From Paragordius varius (lineage: Eukaryota; Animalia; Nematomorpha): a stretch of 64,000 nucleotides of DNA. Below are positions 31,230 to 44,800 of this stretch, piece after piece. Positions within the stretch are counted from its first letter, which is position 1; the number at the start of each line of letters is the position of its first letter. The DNA is taken from contig OZ176051.1 in the NCBI GenBank assembly GCA_964247055.1, forward strand, positions 6,262,001 to 6,326,000, read 5' to 3'. The notes under the pieces were generated by a model, which was given only the letters and a program-made list of their open reading frames with translations, did no database searches and was not told the origin of the DNA. A program made the position numbers and the translations under genes.

Positions 31230-32062
31230 CCGGGGTTTAAAACCTGATGAAATATATATGTTCTGATTTGAAAATGTATCAGGATTATAATGGTGCTTTC
31301 GGACTTTCGAGTGATATAAGAAAATTCGGCAATTTTGGGCGAAATTTGATTACATTTTTAACTAAATTTTTTGGCGAAAGCTAATTGCTTCATTCCAAAA
31401 AAATAAATATGTCATAAACCACCTATAAAAATAAAACAACATTTTAAAGAATTAAGGTTTTTAACGTAAGCTACGAAAGTCCCAAATTTTTTGGCTCTTC
31501 TAAAATGGAAATTTTAAGACATATTTAATTAAAAATCTGAGATGAAAGAAATGTTAAGCATCATGAAATATAGATAAATATAATATTTAAAAGTTTTATA
31601 CCGTTTCCATTATGTCTAAAATAGCGTGAAGAACGCTTCAATAAAATTTTGCTCAAAATGGTTGTAAGTATGCATTTTTTTGAAAATAGTTTTTTTTATG
31701 TCAAAATTTAGCATGTATTTGAAACCCAATCCCGGTTTTCGCTTATTCAAAAAGAACTAGCCCGTTTTAGAAGGGCAAAAAAATTTGGAACTTTCGGATA
31801 GATCTAAAAATTAATATATTTTAAAAATATTGTTTTGCTTTTTATAAGTAGTTTATTATACATTTTAATAATATTGTTTGAAACAAAGCATTTGGCTTTC
31901 GCCAAAAAAATTAAAATGTGCACAAATTTTTCCACTTTTTGAGGTGGAGCAATTACCCTAAAAGTGTAAATAAGTTTCTTATATCCTCCATAAGGGCCAA
32001 AACCATGATACAATTTCTTATCAATGTATATTTCAACAGGTTATTTTTTTGTGGACACTGTG
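31230..32062. mobile_element. Foldback-like long-TIR element family 5
   Basis: Largely palindromic (ctacgaaagtcccaaattttt ... aaaaatttggaactttcgga); homologous to 35498-36250 and about 62760-63500. Boundaries are approximate. Confidence 0.6.
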
Positions 32063-32104
32063 TTATTAATAATTTTTAGAGATAGCTTTATTCCAAGAAA
32101 ATCA

Positions 32105-34400
32105 TCTATATATTTATAAAAATGGGAAAATCTAGCTTTGTGATATGTTTCCGGAAAACCGGTGGACCCATTCAGATCCAAATGTCTAAAAGATACAATC
32201 ATTAATGAATGCCACGACAATAGCTGCGCCTTTTTTTAATTAGGCCCCCAGTTCGGGCCCACCCCGTGTAAAAACGGGTTTTTTAAAAAAAGTCCACAAA
32301 AATCGTGTCTTTGAGCCAATTTTCCGCAAAACGTGTTAGTCCATTCGATTTCAAATATGATTTTTTTATTTGTTTTCTATAGCGCTGAACATAGTCGGCT
32401 CGCTTTTTACTTTTTACCCGCTACCCCCGTTAAATGCCATTTTAAACCACTTATTTTTCGCCGAGGTATGAGACCGTAAAAATTCCATAAGGATTTCAAG
32501 TATTCCCTGTTAAAAGGCTAAAACTTTAGTCTTACGTTTCTTTTATATTGGCTGCCGGGTAAGGAGCTACCGGCTAAAAACTGATCCGTCATACCTGGAT
32601 AGCGTGCCATTGAGGCTAAATTTCAGAAAACCTATCAGGCCATATGAGTTTAATATGTCTTAAAATATTACCCGTAACAAGGCAAAAATTTAGGTCTTGC
32701 GGTTTTTTACAATTAGCCGTTAATTAGGCCCTTCACGACCTGAAAAATGCGCCACCATAGAATGATTTGGTAGTTTTGAGGCAATTTTCTAAAAACAAAT
32801 GAGAGCATATGGAATCAATCATGATGTAATCTCCGTAAAAAAGGCAAAAAAATTCTCAAACGCTTTTTTTGTATCAGCCTCTGGGTAAGCTACCTGCCTA
32901 AAACTGCGCCACCATATCGAAATTTCGAGGAGTTCTTTTTCAGAAAATTATCAGGCCATATAATTCAAAAAAGGGCCTGAAATATTACCCTTAAAAAGGC
33001 AAAAATTTAAGTCGAGCGGTTTTTTTAAATTGTTAATTAGGCCCTTTACCCCTTAAAATGCGCTATCATTTAACTAATATTTATTTTTGAAGCCATTCTT
33101 CCAAAAACTATTAAGAACATATGGATTAAAGGATGATTTCAAGTATTCCACTATAAAGGCAAAAATCGAACGTCTTTTTTATATTCCCCTATGGGTAGGG
33201 GGTTATCCGATTAAACCTGCGCCACCATATCAAAACAGCGTGATTTTGGAGGCAAATTTTAGAAAACATAGACATATGAACCCGTAAAAAGGCAAATTAA
33301 GTAGACGGTTTTATTTTACCCGTTAATTAGGCCCTTGCCCTGAAAAATGCACCACCTTAGAATGACTTTTTGATTTTGAGGCAATTTGCAGATCCCACGA
33401 GAGCACATGGGAATCATTATTTCATGTATTACCCGAACTAAGGTAAAAATTTTAATGAAGCGTTTTTTTGTTTCGCCCCTGGTTAGGGGGCCAATCGCGT
33501 AAAACTGTGTCACCATATTGATACAGCATTTGGAGCCATATTTAAGAAAACCTATGAGACTATGTGATAATAAAGGCCTAAAATATTTATTACCCCTTAA
33601 AAAACAAATAGTTAAGTATAGGGGGTTATTTCAATGGGTCGCTAAGTAAAGTTCTGCGCTCTGAAAAATGCGCCATAGAACAATTTTTTAGTTTTGAAGC
33701 AATATTTACAGAACTTATAGGGACATATGGAATCCATGATAATTCCATAATCCCTATATAAAGGCAAAAATTTTGCCCAACGCTTTTTTATCCCTGCCCC
33801 TGAGTAAGGGGCTATCGGCCAAAAAGTGCGCCTCTATATAGATATTGCGTTGTTTTGGAGCCAATTTACAGAAAAATGATGAACCCGTAACTAGGTAAAA
33901 ATTAAGGTCAGGCGTTTTTTTCTTAGCCGTTAATTTGGGCCTTTATGCCCTAAAAATACACCATCATATAACTATTATAGTGTCGAGGTATTTTTTCGAA
34001 TAACCCATGAGAAGATGGTATCAAAGATGATTCCAAATGCCCTCTAAACAAAGAATTTAACTCAGCGCTTTTTCCATATAAGTCTATGGGTAGGGGTCTA
34101 CCGGTTCTAAAATGAAACACCATCCAAAAATGGCGGGGTTTTGGAGCTAATTTTCAAAAAACATAAGAAGCCATACGAGTTCAATAAAGACTTTAAATAA
34201 TATCCATAAAAAAATAAAAATTATAGGAAAGCGGTTTTTTCCGTTGGCCGTCAATTTGGGACCTTCACACCACTAAACAATATATTAGTACCACAATTTT
34301 GATGATTTTTTTAAATAGCGCCCCCAGCCCCCCTCCCTCCCCCCCCCCCAAGAAGTCCGAAGGACTGCCTCCGGGTGCGTATTAGCCCGAGATTAACTAG
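32105..34400 (+). mobile_element. Probable non-autonomous Helitron with internal tandem-repeat array
   Basis: Begins A|TCTATATATTTATAAAA (32105) and ends with the GC-rich hairpin cgggtgcgtattagcccg (34372-34389), then CTAG|T (34397-34400). It sits between A and T with no TSD and carries no Rep/Hel ORF. Confidence 0.7.
32400..34300 (+). repeat. Degenerate tandem satellite of about 12 monomers of 130-165 bp, alternating A/B (about 300-bp dimer)
   Basis: The anchor aaggcaaaaa or a variant recurs at about 32514, 32679, 32841, 32996, 33156, 33289, 33440, 33600, 33761, 33892, 34046, 34210. gttaattaggccc or a variant occurs only in every second unit (32719, 33032, 33322, 33929, 34250). Confidence 0.8.
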
Positions 34401-35497
34401 TAATATTTAAAAGAACAATACTTACTGCCTGGTTACGGAGCTCAGATTTCACAATAAATTTAATATATACTAAATTATAGCTTCGAAAAATAATTTGAAA
34501 AATGCATATTTTGTTTAAATTTATTTTTAGCAATTCTGGAAACGTATTTCAAGTGGAAATTCTATATAATTCAATGATGCTAGACACACTTCATTTTCCT
34601 TTTGTGTCCGCGATGTAATTTTGCGGTGGTTTTTTAAACCAAAAATTTTAGGACTACTGTTTGGAAAGTTATGGTTAATATTTAATTATCTTCCAATGTT
34701 ATTTATACAAAAAAGCTCTTTAGATTTTTAATTTCATTATTCTAATAGTGAGACAGCTTCACATCACGATTGTGAGCAGCTGATCTAAAATTAAATATCA
34801 AATATTTGTTTGTAAAATGTAGCCTGAAAACTTTATTTACTTAAAACCATAATATACATTTATTTGCCTGTTGTATCGATATTTTAAAAAATTTAAAAAA
34901 AATGGCAGCAAAATTATTGAGTTGAGGATATTTTTACAATTTTATATTTTTTAAAAAATATTTTGGTATAATTCGCCTTAAAGGCTAGAGCATATTTTTA
35001 AATTCGGTTAATACCTTATATACTTTTAAAGATTTTCAAATTTTAAATCGCTCCAGATAAAACTACCCCAAAAGGGTATAAAATACTTGCCCATTTTGGA
35101 TGGTTAAAAAAGTTTATCCTTTCGAGTTTGCATTTTATAATATAGAGTTTTGCTTGTAATAAAATATTGTGACATTAATGATTTATGGAATGAGACATTT
35201 AAATTTCACAATTTTTTTTTTAAAATAATTCATGGCAAATTTGGCTATTTATTATCTGATATGTAGGATTACCATAAAAGCGTAAACTCTCTTAAATTAC
35301 TAGAAAGGGCCAACAAAAAGCACCATGATGATCCCGATATATTTTAATATCAGAATATATATATATTTATATATAGATATATAATCACTATATTTTTTGT
35401 GACACTGTTTTTTTCTTTAAAATTTATATATAGATATTTAATCACTATATTTTTTGTGACACTGGTTATTTCTTTAAATACAATACATTGTATATCG

Positions 35498-36250
35498 GGG
35501 GTCATGAAAAAATATGTTGATGAAAATATATTTTGATAGAAAAATGTATCAGGATTATTATATAACTTTTGGTTTACTAGTTATATAAGAAAGTTTTTAT
35601 AAGGACTCCATATCAGAAAATGACAAAATTTGACCATATTTTTTGAAATAATTTTTTTGATGATAGATTTAAAAAATATACCTAAAATATATTAGAAATT
35701 ACTTATAAAAAGCAAAACAATATTTTTATAATATTTTAAATTTTTAGATGTGGGCTCCGAAAGTCCCAATTTTTTGCTCTTTGAAAATGGGCTAATTCTT
35801 TGAAAAATGCGGGATTGCGCGATAATTTTCATATGTTAAATTTTGACATCAAAAAAAATTTGTAAAGCATACTTCTTACTATATATCGTTTTTATCATGT
35901 CTTAAAAAGGACGATACACATTTCAACAAAATTGTGCGAAAAAAATTTTTGTATAAAATCTGCATTTTTAGAAAAAATTTGATGTCAAAATTTAGCGGAA
36001 ATTTAAAATTTTTATCGCGCAATCCCAGCATTTATGCGTTTTTTAATAGAAGGTTTTTGATATATATTAGTGATATTTTTTGGAATCAAGCATATATCCA
36101 AAAAAATATATTATAAAAAATTTTCTCAAATTTCGCCATTTTCTGATATGGATCACTTGCCACAAAAGTGTAAATTACTTTCTTATATCATTCGTAGGCT
36201 CCAAAGACAAAAACACCATAAGATTCTTTCAAAAACTAAATTATATTTTA
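35498..36250. mobile_element. Foldback-like long-TIR element family 5
   Basis: tccatatcagaaaatgacaaaatttg / caaatttcgccattttctgatatgga and gggattgcgcgataa..aaattttgacatcaaa / tttgatgtcaaaattt..ttatcgcgcaatccc inverted pairs. Confidence 0.65.
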
Positions 36251-36263
36251 TCTTATTATTATT

Positions 36264-36838
36264 TTAACACTTGGATACAACCCAATCACTTTAGCCCTTC
36301 AATTTAAATTGGGATAGGTAAATACTCCAAGTCTGTTTAATTTAAATTGTTTAAAAAATATGGAAGGAATAGAAAGCATGGCAAATTTTGCACTTATATA
36401 GCATGATAAACCGAAATGTATAAAAAACTTTATTCAAAAATACTTGATATTACCTATTTTGAGCTAAAACCCAAAGGTAAAAATTTAGTCAACGTGACGT
36501 GTCTGCATTGGTAAAATTGAAAAATAATACAAAACAAACCAGTTTTTCTATTCTCAATTTTAGACGTAATTTAAATAAAAAATTATAATTTTACCTTTCA
36601 AATAACATGAATAGGATATTTTGCAAAAATTTTATAAGATAAAAATGGCGTCGAAGTAGTTTGACATGGAACTTTTTTTTTTCAAAACAAAATTTTATTT
36701 AGAGATTTTGGCTTATTTATATAATTTTTATTGGGATAGAGGCATAAATTTAAATTGGTACCGTTTCCTTTAGTAGTTTTTTTAAAATATTTTAAAATTA
36801 GTCTGGGGTATATACCCCAATTTGAATTGAGGTGTTAA
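36264..36838 (+). mobile_element. TTAA-flanked MITE family 1, copy B
   Basis: ttaacacttggatacaac ... ctggggtatataccccaatttgaattgaggtgttaa; shares the internal aaaaatggcgtcgaagtagtttgac motif. Confidence 0.82.
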
Positions 36839-36969
36839 GATACGCCGTTGTTAGTTATTATCAAATTATATCAATCTGTTACCCTGAGGTAGCCGACCCT
36901 ATGATTAAAAGTTTTGAAAAAATTTAAAATTTTAGATGTACAAAATACAAACATTATTGCTCCGTATGG

Positions 36970-37556
36970 TTAACACTTGGATACAACATACTAATTTTAG
37001 TCCTTCGATTCAAATTGGGGTAGTTGGATACCCCAGGGCCTGTTTAAAATTAAATTCTTTAAAAAATATAGAAGGAAACGAAACCATGGCAAAATTTTGC
37101 ACTTATCTAACATTAATCAACCGAAATATATAAAAATTTTATTCAAAATACTTGATATTACTTATTTTAAGCTAAAACTGAAAGGTAAAAATTTCGTCAA
37201 CGTGACATGTGTTAAATTGTAAAATTGAAAAATTATACAAACTAAACCGCTTTTTCCATTTCTATCAATGTTAGATGTAATTTATATAATAAATTAGCTT
37301 TAGTTTTACCCTTAAAATTAAATAAAGACGATATTTTGCAATAATTTTGTAAAATAAAAATGGCGTCGAAGTAGTTTGAGATGGAGCTTTTTTTCAAAAC
37401 CAAATTTTATCAAGATGTTTTGGCATATTTATATAATATTTATCAGGATAGAAGCACAAATTTAAATTGGGACCGTTTCCTTCAGTAGTTTTTTAAAAAT
37501 AATAATTTAAATTTAGTCTGGGGTATTTAAATACCCCAATTTGAATCAAGTGTTAA
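36970..37556 (+). mobile_element. TTAA-flanked MITE family 1, copy C
   Basis: ttaacacttggatacaac ... ctggggtatttaaataccccaatttgaatcaagtgttaa; direct tandem copy about 130 bp after copy B. Confidence 0.85.
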
Positions 37557-38996
37557 ATAAAATCATTGTTGAAATTCCTAATTAAAACTATAATATTTTT
37601 ATCAGAATATCGACGAAATAATATTATCCGAATTTTATATTTATAAGATATTTTATAAGGTAAAAGCCGATATTGTTAATACGAAAAATTATTTTGCATA
37701 CGTTTTTATTATATTTTAAATTTTATTGTACTATAATCTGATTTTACCTAGAGGTTGCTTTATAACACAAAACACGAATTCTACCTTATTTCATATGTTA
37801 ATTTTTATAGTTCACATTCGCTGCACTGGGTAATATTTTATTTTTGGTATAAAAATTGTTAACACCTTTTTTATATTGTATTAACATATTCTAAATATAA
37901 ATTAAGATATTGCTGATATCAGCAAAAATTAACTGTTTCAAAGGTCAAATGTTTATAAATGAAGAATATTTACATGTATATTTTTATAATTTTAGTGATT
38001 CAAAATTATTAGCTGCCATATATCTATTCAATCAAATATAGTATAAATTATCTTTGTTTATTAATATATAACTATTATTTCATAATTATTAGATTTCACC
38101 TTGATCAGTTTGGGTTGTATTAATATATTTTTTTATATCTAATTTTTGATAATTATTTAACCGATAATAGTTTTTAAGATTTAAATCACCTTTCTGTTTT
38201 ATTCACGCCATCAATATGGCATTTTTTCTCCGATCGCTTTTCATATAATTATATAATCTCTGAACAACACCACATAAGTTATCGAATAAAACATTTAAGA
38301 TGATTCAGTTTTCATATTAAATTTTATGCGGTTTACTTTTAAAATTTTGATATTAAAGTTTGGTCTCAATGTTATTTTTCAATTATTTCCATTGCCATTG
38401 CATAATATAAATTAGGGCTAATTTTATTTAACAAAATTATGATATATACCAATTATTTTCAAGTTTTTAGCGTTGTTTAAACAAATATTAAAGAGATTTT
38501 AATGATATAATATGTGTAAAAATAAATGTAAAAGGCGCTTAAACATTTATTTTTAACTTATGTTTAAAAGATACAACTAAACTAAACTACCTTCTCTATT
38601 GATTTTTTGATTTGAAAAGTAGGTTAACCTGTTGACGAATTGTTATGTAAATGATACATAAATGCATACTGCTTATTGCAGCTAAAATTATTTATATATC
38701 ATTTACGAATACGCTTACTACTTTAATCTCTGAACTGTCATATCTTTATTGCGATTACATACACATTGCTAAATATTTGCGGACTTTACTGTTTTTTATT
38801 ACTTCCTATTTTTATTCTCTTCCAATTTCAAATACCTTGTTTTTTTTTCAACAACATTTGATACATCCGGAATCATTAAAAATTTGGACATTTTTTATAT
38901 CATACAAATTTAAAGTACGTCGTTATTTTATTGGTTGCTTGAGATCGTTTTATTGTTACGGAATAAGAAATTTAATTATACTGATTTTTTTGCGTA

Positions 38997-39031
<35 letters not shown>

Positions 39032-41850
39032 ATTTGTAACATGTTATAAATAATTTCTTTAATCAAAGATTTATATATATATTTGTAGTATTTTCCACAA
39101 GGTGTTTATTTTATATGTATTTGAATAAAATGTACAAATGATTAATTCTCTCATGCGAAAACAAAATTCGATAATCGATCTTTTCTGATTATTATGCATA
39201 ATAATATGCAATACAATAATTATCCGTGGATCGTATGCAATCATAGGGAGAAATTAATAAAATATTAAATTTTATTATATATGTTTTCTAAAAACAACTA
39301 AAATTAAATATAGGTGACTGCCCTCTGCTCTTGAAAAGGTTTTAGTTCTATCGTTACAGCCAAAATTTTTATTTCATCCTTATCTTCACTTTCATTATTG
39401 CGGCTTTTTCTGAGAATTTTTTTTATTCAATGTATTATCATTGAAATGCATATTAATCAATCTTATAAATTACATACATATACATGTGATGTTTAATAAC
39501 GAGCGTAATGTTAGAGAGGGGTTATGAGGGAAACAGGTTAACGCAGCAATGTATGTATGTATTTATGTATAAAAGGTATTTTTATATCGTTTTTAGCATA
39601 TTTTCCTTTTTCTTTTCTTCTCATTTTAAACATAAATAAAATTTCAGTTATTTACGTACATAAACAACAATTATTCAAATTTTTTATTTAAAAATATGTA
39701 ACTATTGTTATGGCGACTTGATAACTACAATTAATTTAAGTCAAATTTGATTTTACATAAAAAGTAAGAAAAATGTTTTGCAGAGGTAGGTCTGGTTTAT
39801 ATCAATCAGTTAACTTGGCTTATGATAAAAGAAATTATTATATTATTAGATTGATGCCGCCGTTGCTTAAGATTAGCGAAAAATTAATTAAAGTAATGTA
39901 GTATAAATAAATATATTAAAATATCTGGATAATTATAATTAGTTTTATGCGGCGGCGTAGATAGCGTATGAATTGAATTACCAGACTATGTGTGTGTGTT
40001 AGTGTATGCATAAATGACCTTGAACATTGGAAAAAAAACTTTCAAGAAGAGTAATAACTTTATTTTTTTTAAAAAAGCGAAGATCATAGCTTATAAGCTA
40101 ATATTCATATTTAATTGTGTAACGGTCCCTGAATTTTAATGATAAACCTTAAAAAAAACATATAATTTCATTACTAAAAATATGTTGATAGATTTTACTT
40201 CACTAGCCAATCATAAATTGTAAAATATCATTCTTAAAACGTTTGTCTTAAATTGTTTTTTGGAGGTATGTATATGTCAGACACCACATTCTACAATAAC
40301 TACCCTTTTAACCAATAATATATGTTTGTTTTGTCTATATTCATTAATGTCAACAAAATCTCTTTAATAAGCTTTGGGCTTTTAAGTCTTTTAAGAATTA
40401 TTTATTATGTTTTTTAAAGTATAGTTGAGCTAGGTAAGGCAAATTATTTAGTAAAACTAGAAAATTAGGCAAAACCACATTATTCAAAAGTTATACAAAT
40501 AAAATAATTATTTTCTCATCTTTGGATAAAATGGGGGATATACACGTATAAAAATATTAAAAGCATGAAATTTTGCATACATTTTATCTCTTTTTGTTTC
40601 ACATAACACTTATAATAATCTCGAAATAGCGAACGTTAAAAAAACAGTTTGCCTAAAAAACATTACACGCTAAAACTTAAAATTTATATTTCCATGCATT
40701 TCTAGTTAAATATGTACTTATATGATAGCGTAGGAGTATAGTAGGAGGTTTTAATATTATTTACTATAACAAAGGCACACACAGAGATAACAAAATAGTA
40801 AAAGTTTGTCAAGAGACACAATTGCAAATATATATATATATATATATATGTAAAAGATGAAACATTTATGTAGCTAAACTTTTGTTTAAATAAAGTAAAT
40901 ATTGCTGAAATATCTATCTATAATATTTTTCTATAATAATAAAGTAATAGTTAGATAGATAACATAAAAACGAGCGTATATTATATTTTTTTCTATATAT
41001 GGAAAATTAAAAAATCTTTAAAAATTGCAACATACGCGTTTCTAATAAATCAATAACCAAAATTGTCTTGCGCTGTTTGTTTATTTCGTTAAAAATGGTA
41101 CAAACTCTTAATTTCGAAAATTTACTCAGCAGTTTTGCCATTCGTGTTTGCTAAAGTTTATTTCGATTTTTTGTTGCAATGTGGTGGTTAGATTGGTTTA
41201 TATAATTTTAAATGTTAATTAGTTAAACTTACAAAAAATCCAAAGAGATAATCTGGATTTAATAATATAATTTTATAAAACTAATTTTTATTTTACAACT
41301 TTTGTATGAAAGCATAACCACATGGTATTTAATTGTTAACCATTCATCCCATTACTGAGAAATTGGAACATTAATTGAAAATTGAGATTTTATCTGTTAA
41401 AAACCTAATGTACTTAAAAATGATATGCTTATACATGTAATATTATTAAATATGCTAGGTCTGCAAGTCTATACAATTAATTTATAATTAATTAATTTTC
41501 GTTAATTCTAAGAAATAAATTATGAACCTTTTTAATAAAATGCATATTATTTAAGTACATGCGTGGGCAATCACGTCATTACATATTATAATAATGTAAA
41601 AAACTTACCTGTAATTTATCATTTGCATGATATAACAAGAGAAAGAGAGAGAGAAAGGATATTTATCATATTTACATCGTTTGCCCAATTTTATTTACGG
41701 ATCAACTAATATTTAAATCTTTTATATGTTTATACTTTGTAGATGGTAGCGATCGATATTTTTTGGTTGGATTATAAAATTTTATCCGTGAACTAATCTT
41801 GAAACACTTTTTTTCCTCAAATTCCTAATCTCAATATTAAATCAGAAAAT

Positions 41851-44800
41851 ATGATCCCACCAATTTCAAACGATGTTATAGATGTTTCGTCATGTGAAAA
41901 TTTAAAACTTGGAAATCGTCTGCCTGATGTCCGCGAGTTAACTGAATGTGAAAAATTTAAATGTATTGATACCTTAGACTATATTACAAAAAATTGTCAA
42001 AAACCCTATTTGAAAGGCGGAACGGATGAAGATGAAATCACAAATTCAATCCACATTAATGCTTTCGTCAGTAAATCGGAATTCCAAAATGGCGTTGCTG
42101 AAACAAATAACTTTAACCACAACCAAAATGAACTTTTGGATAAGCATGGTATATGAGTTTGAATATATATTATGTTATATTAAAGTAAATCAGTTTATTA
42201 AGTCTTATGAAAGTCAATGTGTCATTAATATTTTAATTGTTTATTTTAAACTAATATTTATTTCTGTAAATTTTGCCAGCAAATATTTGTGCTCCATACT
42301 TAAAAACATGTTTAATGTATCCATCTTATAGTTCCAGATTTTAATTCAGTTGCAAATGGATCAAATGATGCTAATGACTCATCTACTTTAGCAACCGCAG
42401 AAACATCTAACTCTTTAACCATGAATAATGTTAATAATAACGATCCTGGAACTACCGACGTTACTCCCGTTCTTCCTCCTGGAAATCCCTTGCTAATGCA
42501 ACCCGTTTATTCTCTTCCTCAGCAACAATCGTCATTGATAAATTTTGATCAATTACAAACACCATCATATTCACCCATGTATCTCTATTTCTTGCCTAAT
42601 AACAATCTGGGGCCTGAACCCTCAAGTTATTTGATACCGGTGCCACCCCCGAGCTTACCTCTACCGCCACCCCACGCAATCGATCCCAATAATATTGATC
42701 AACATCATCATCATCATGCCAATTCAGGTTTTGGGATGACTGGAGCGTCGGCTCCATCTGTCGCGCCAGCGCCATTTCTTGCATTTAATAATAATAATAT
42801 CAATGCTCCACTCGTAAATAATAATGGCAACAATGTCGTTGGAAATCAACAACAACCGATTTTCCTGATTCCTACGGCAATACCCTCAGTACCACCACCA
42901 CACGGCGAAAATGAAACATGTTGTAGTAATAACATAAATAATGGAGAATTATTTGTTAAAGAAGCCACAAACGACCACAGTGACAATTTAACAAAAGATG
43001 TGCAGGCTAACAATAATAGTTCGACCTCAGCTGATTGTCCAGCTTGTTTTCTAGAAGCATCTATTAGAGCCATGGGTGGTAATATTCTAGTTAATCCAAA
43101 CATAGTTATGGATAACACGATTGGAGCTCAACCTAAGTACTGTTTTATTAACAACAGTAATAATAATTATTCTCCAACTCCAAACCAATTTGTCAATGGG
43201 GAAAATGGCATGAAGAAAGATATTTTTTACCCCCCACCCATGCCGCTTTACATGAATCAATCAAACGCTTTAATTTCTCCAATCTTTACAGCTCCAAACA
43301 TATTTTTAAACGATCAAAATTTGTTATTTTATTCGCGGCCTCCAGACCCTTTCGGTAAAAATTTATTAACACCTCTTTCTCCTATGCAAATTCCGTTTAA
43401 CCAAACAATCGGCAACAATTATTGGATCCCTCCTTATTCCTTGGTCGAAAATTCTTCTGTGAGCTACAATGATAATGACACCTTTCTACAAAAGTTATCT
43501 GTGGCTCAACCCAAGGAACAACAATTGACCGCATGGGTAAATACGCTTGAACCCAAAAGGCATAAGAAGAAAGGTGATGTCGGTTCCAGTCGGAGTTCTC
43601 TTTCAAGTTTATGCGAATCGAATACCTCCTCTGTATTTAAGATTGAACACACACCGGCGTCGAGTATAGTTGAAGAAAACTTTTTTAATTCATCGTTTGC
43701 ATCCACCAATTATGTTGATAATGCAAATTCGCCTACTACTGTTATCACTTCAAGTACTGCAATAGTTACCACATTTAATACTCCTAACACCTTTGACCAG
43801 CCTAGTATTATTTTTCAACAACCCTTTAAAACACCACCTTTTCAACCTTCATTTAACATGCCAACAAACGGTTTCGATCTTTCTCCCAATCAATCTGATT
43901 TATTTAAGTTTTCAACATACCCATTATTAAATTTCCCTGCATCCATTTATCAAACTAATACAGCTACTGATTTTGTCTTTAACCCTAACAATTCATCCTA
44001 TTTAAATTATGCAGATTCATCAGTGAGTCGACATTTATCCATTTCTACCGTTTCAACACCATTGCCCTATTTATCCGAGCTTCCAAGGATTGATATTAAT
44101 GCATCATCGCCTAAAAATTATCAACCTTCCACGATTTTTTCTCCCACAAAAAAACGCAACTTTGTTAGAGAAAATGGATTCCTTGCAACAGAACAGAAAA
44201 TATTTAATAAAGGGGTTTTACCACTAACTAGTACCACAGTCCCTAATTACCAGAATAGAAATCGGGCAAAATACAAAGCTAATCAACAACCATTTACATT
44301 ATCTGAGGCCACGCCTAATAATGTATCATGCGCTAGCTCAAAAGGCTTAAGTCATAAGAATAATGGGGCAAAATATGCTCCATATAACAATGGTAATAAC
44401 TTATCTCCTATTCCTCGACGCAACAACTCCCATAAATATGCAGCTGTTTCAAGTTGTGAGAATTTTTCTACCGCGTCAGATGGAAATATTTATTTAGTTG
44501 CAAATTCAAAGGCTAAATACCATCACAATGGCACCTCATCGTCATCCAACGACCATCATTTAGTATTGGGTAACGGTAATAAATCTACTTCATACTACAA
44601 TAACAAGGATGTGAGTAGTTTTGGCAAAATGAACAACCACATTACCGACAAGTATAATGGTCATGAAACGTTACATCGATTACCAGATTCACCCGATTAT
44701 GGGCTGGGGAGTGATGTGGAATCCAGTCAAACTGGAAATTCTGATAACAAAACCCCTTTGCAAAAATTAGCGATTTCGTTAAAGCAACATCAACAACAAC

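Noticed and set aside
32400-34300. Regular repeats resembling a CRISPR array
   Set aside because: Whole ~155-bp units are homologous (no unique spacers), there are no cas genes, and the context is eukaryotic.
34419-34450. atacttactg resembling the U1 snRNA 5' end
   Set aside because: Mismatch to ATACTTACCTG, and no U1 stem-loops or Sm site follow.
38651-39049. 132-aa ORF in the FNDC3 upstream region
   Set aside because: Hydrophobic, AT-biased codons, includes an (AT)n microsatellite, no recognisable motif.
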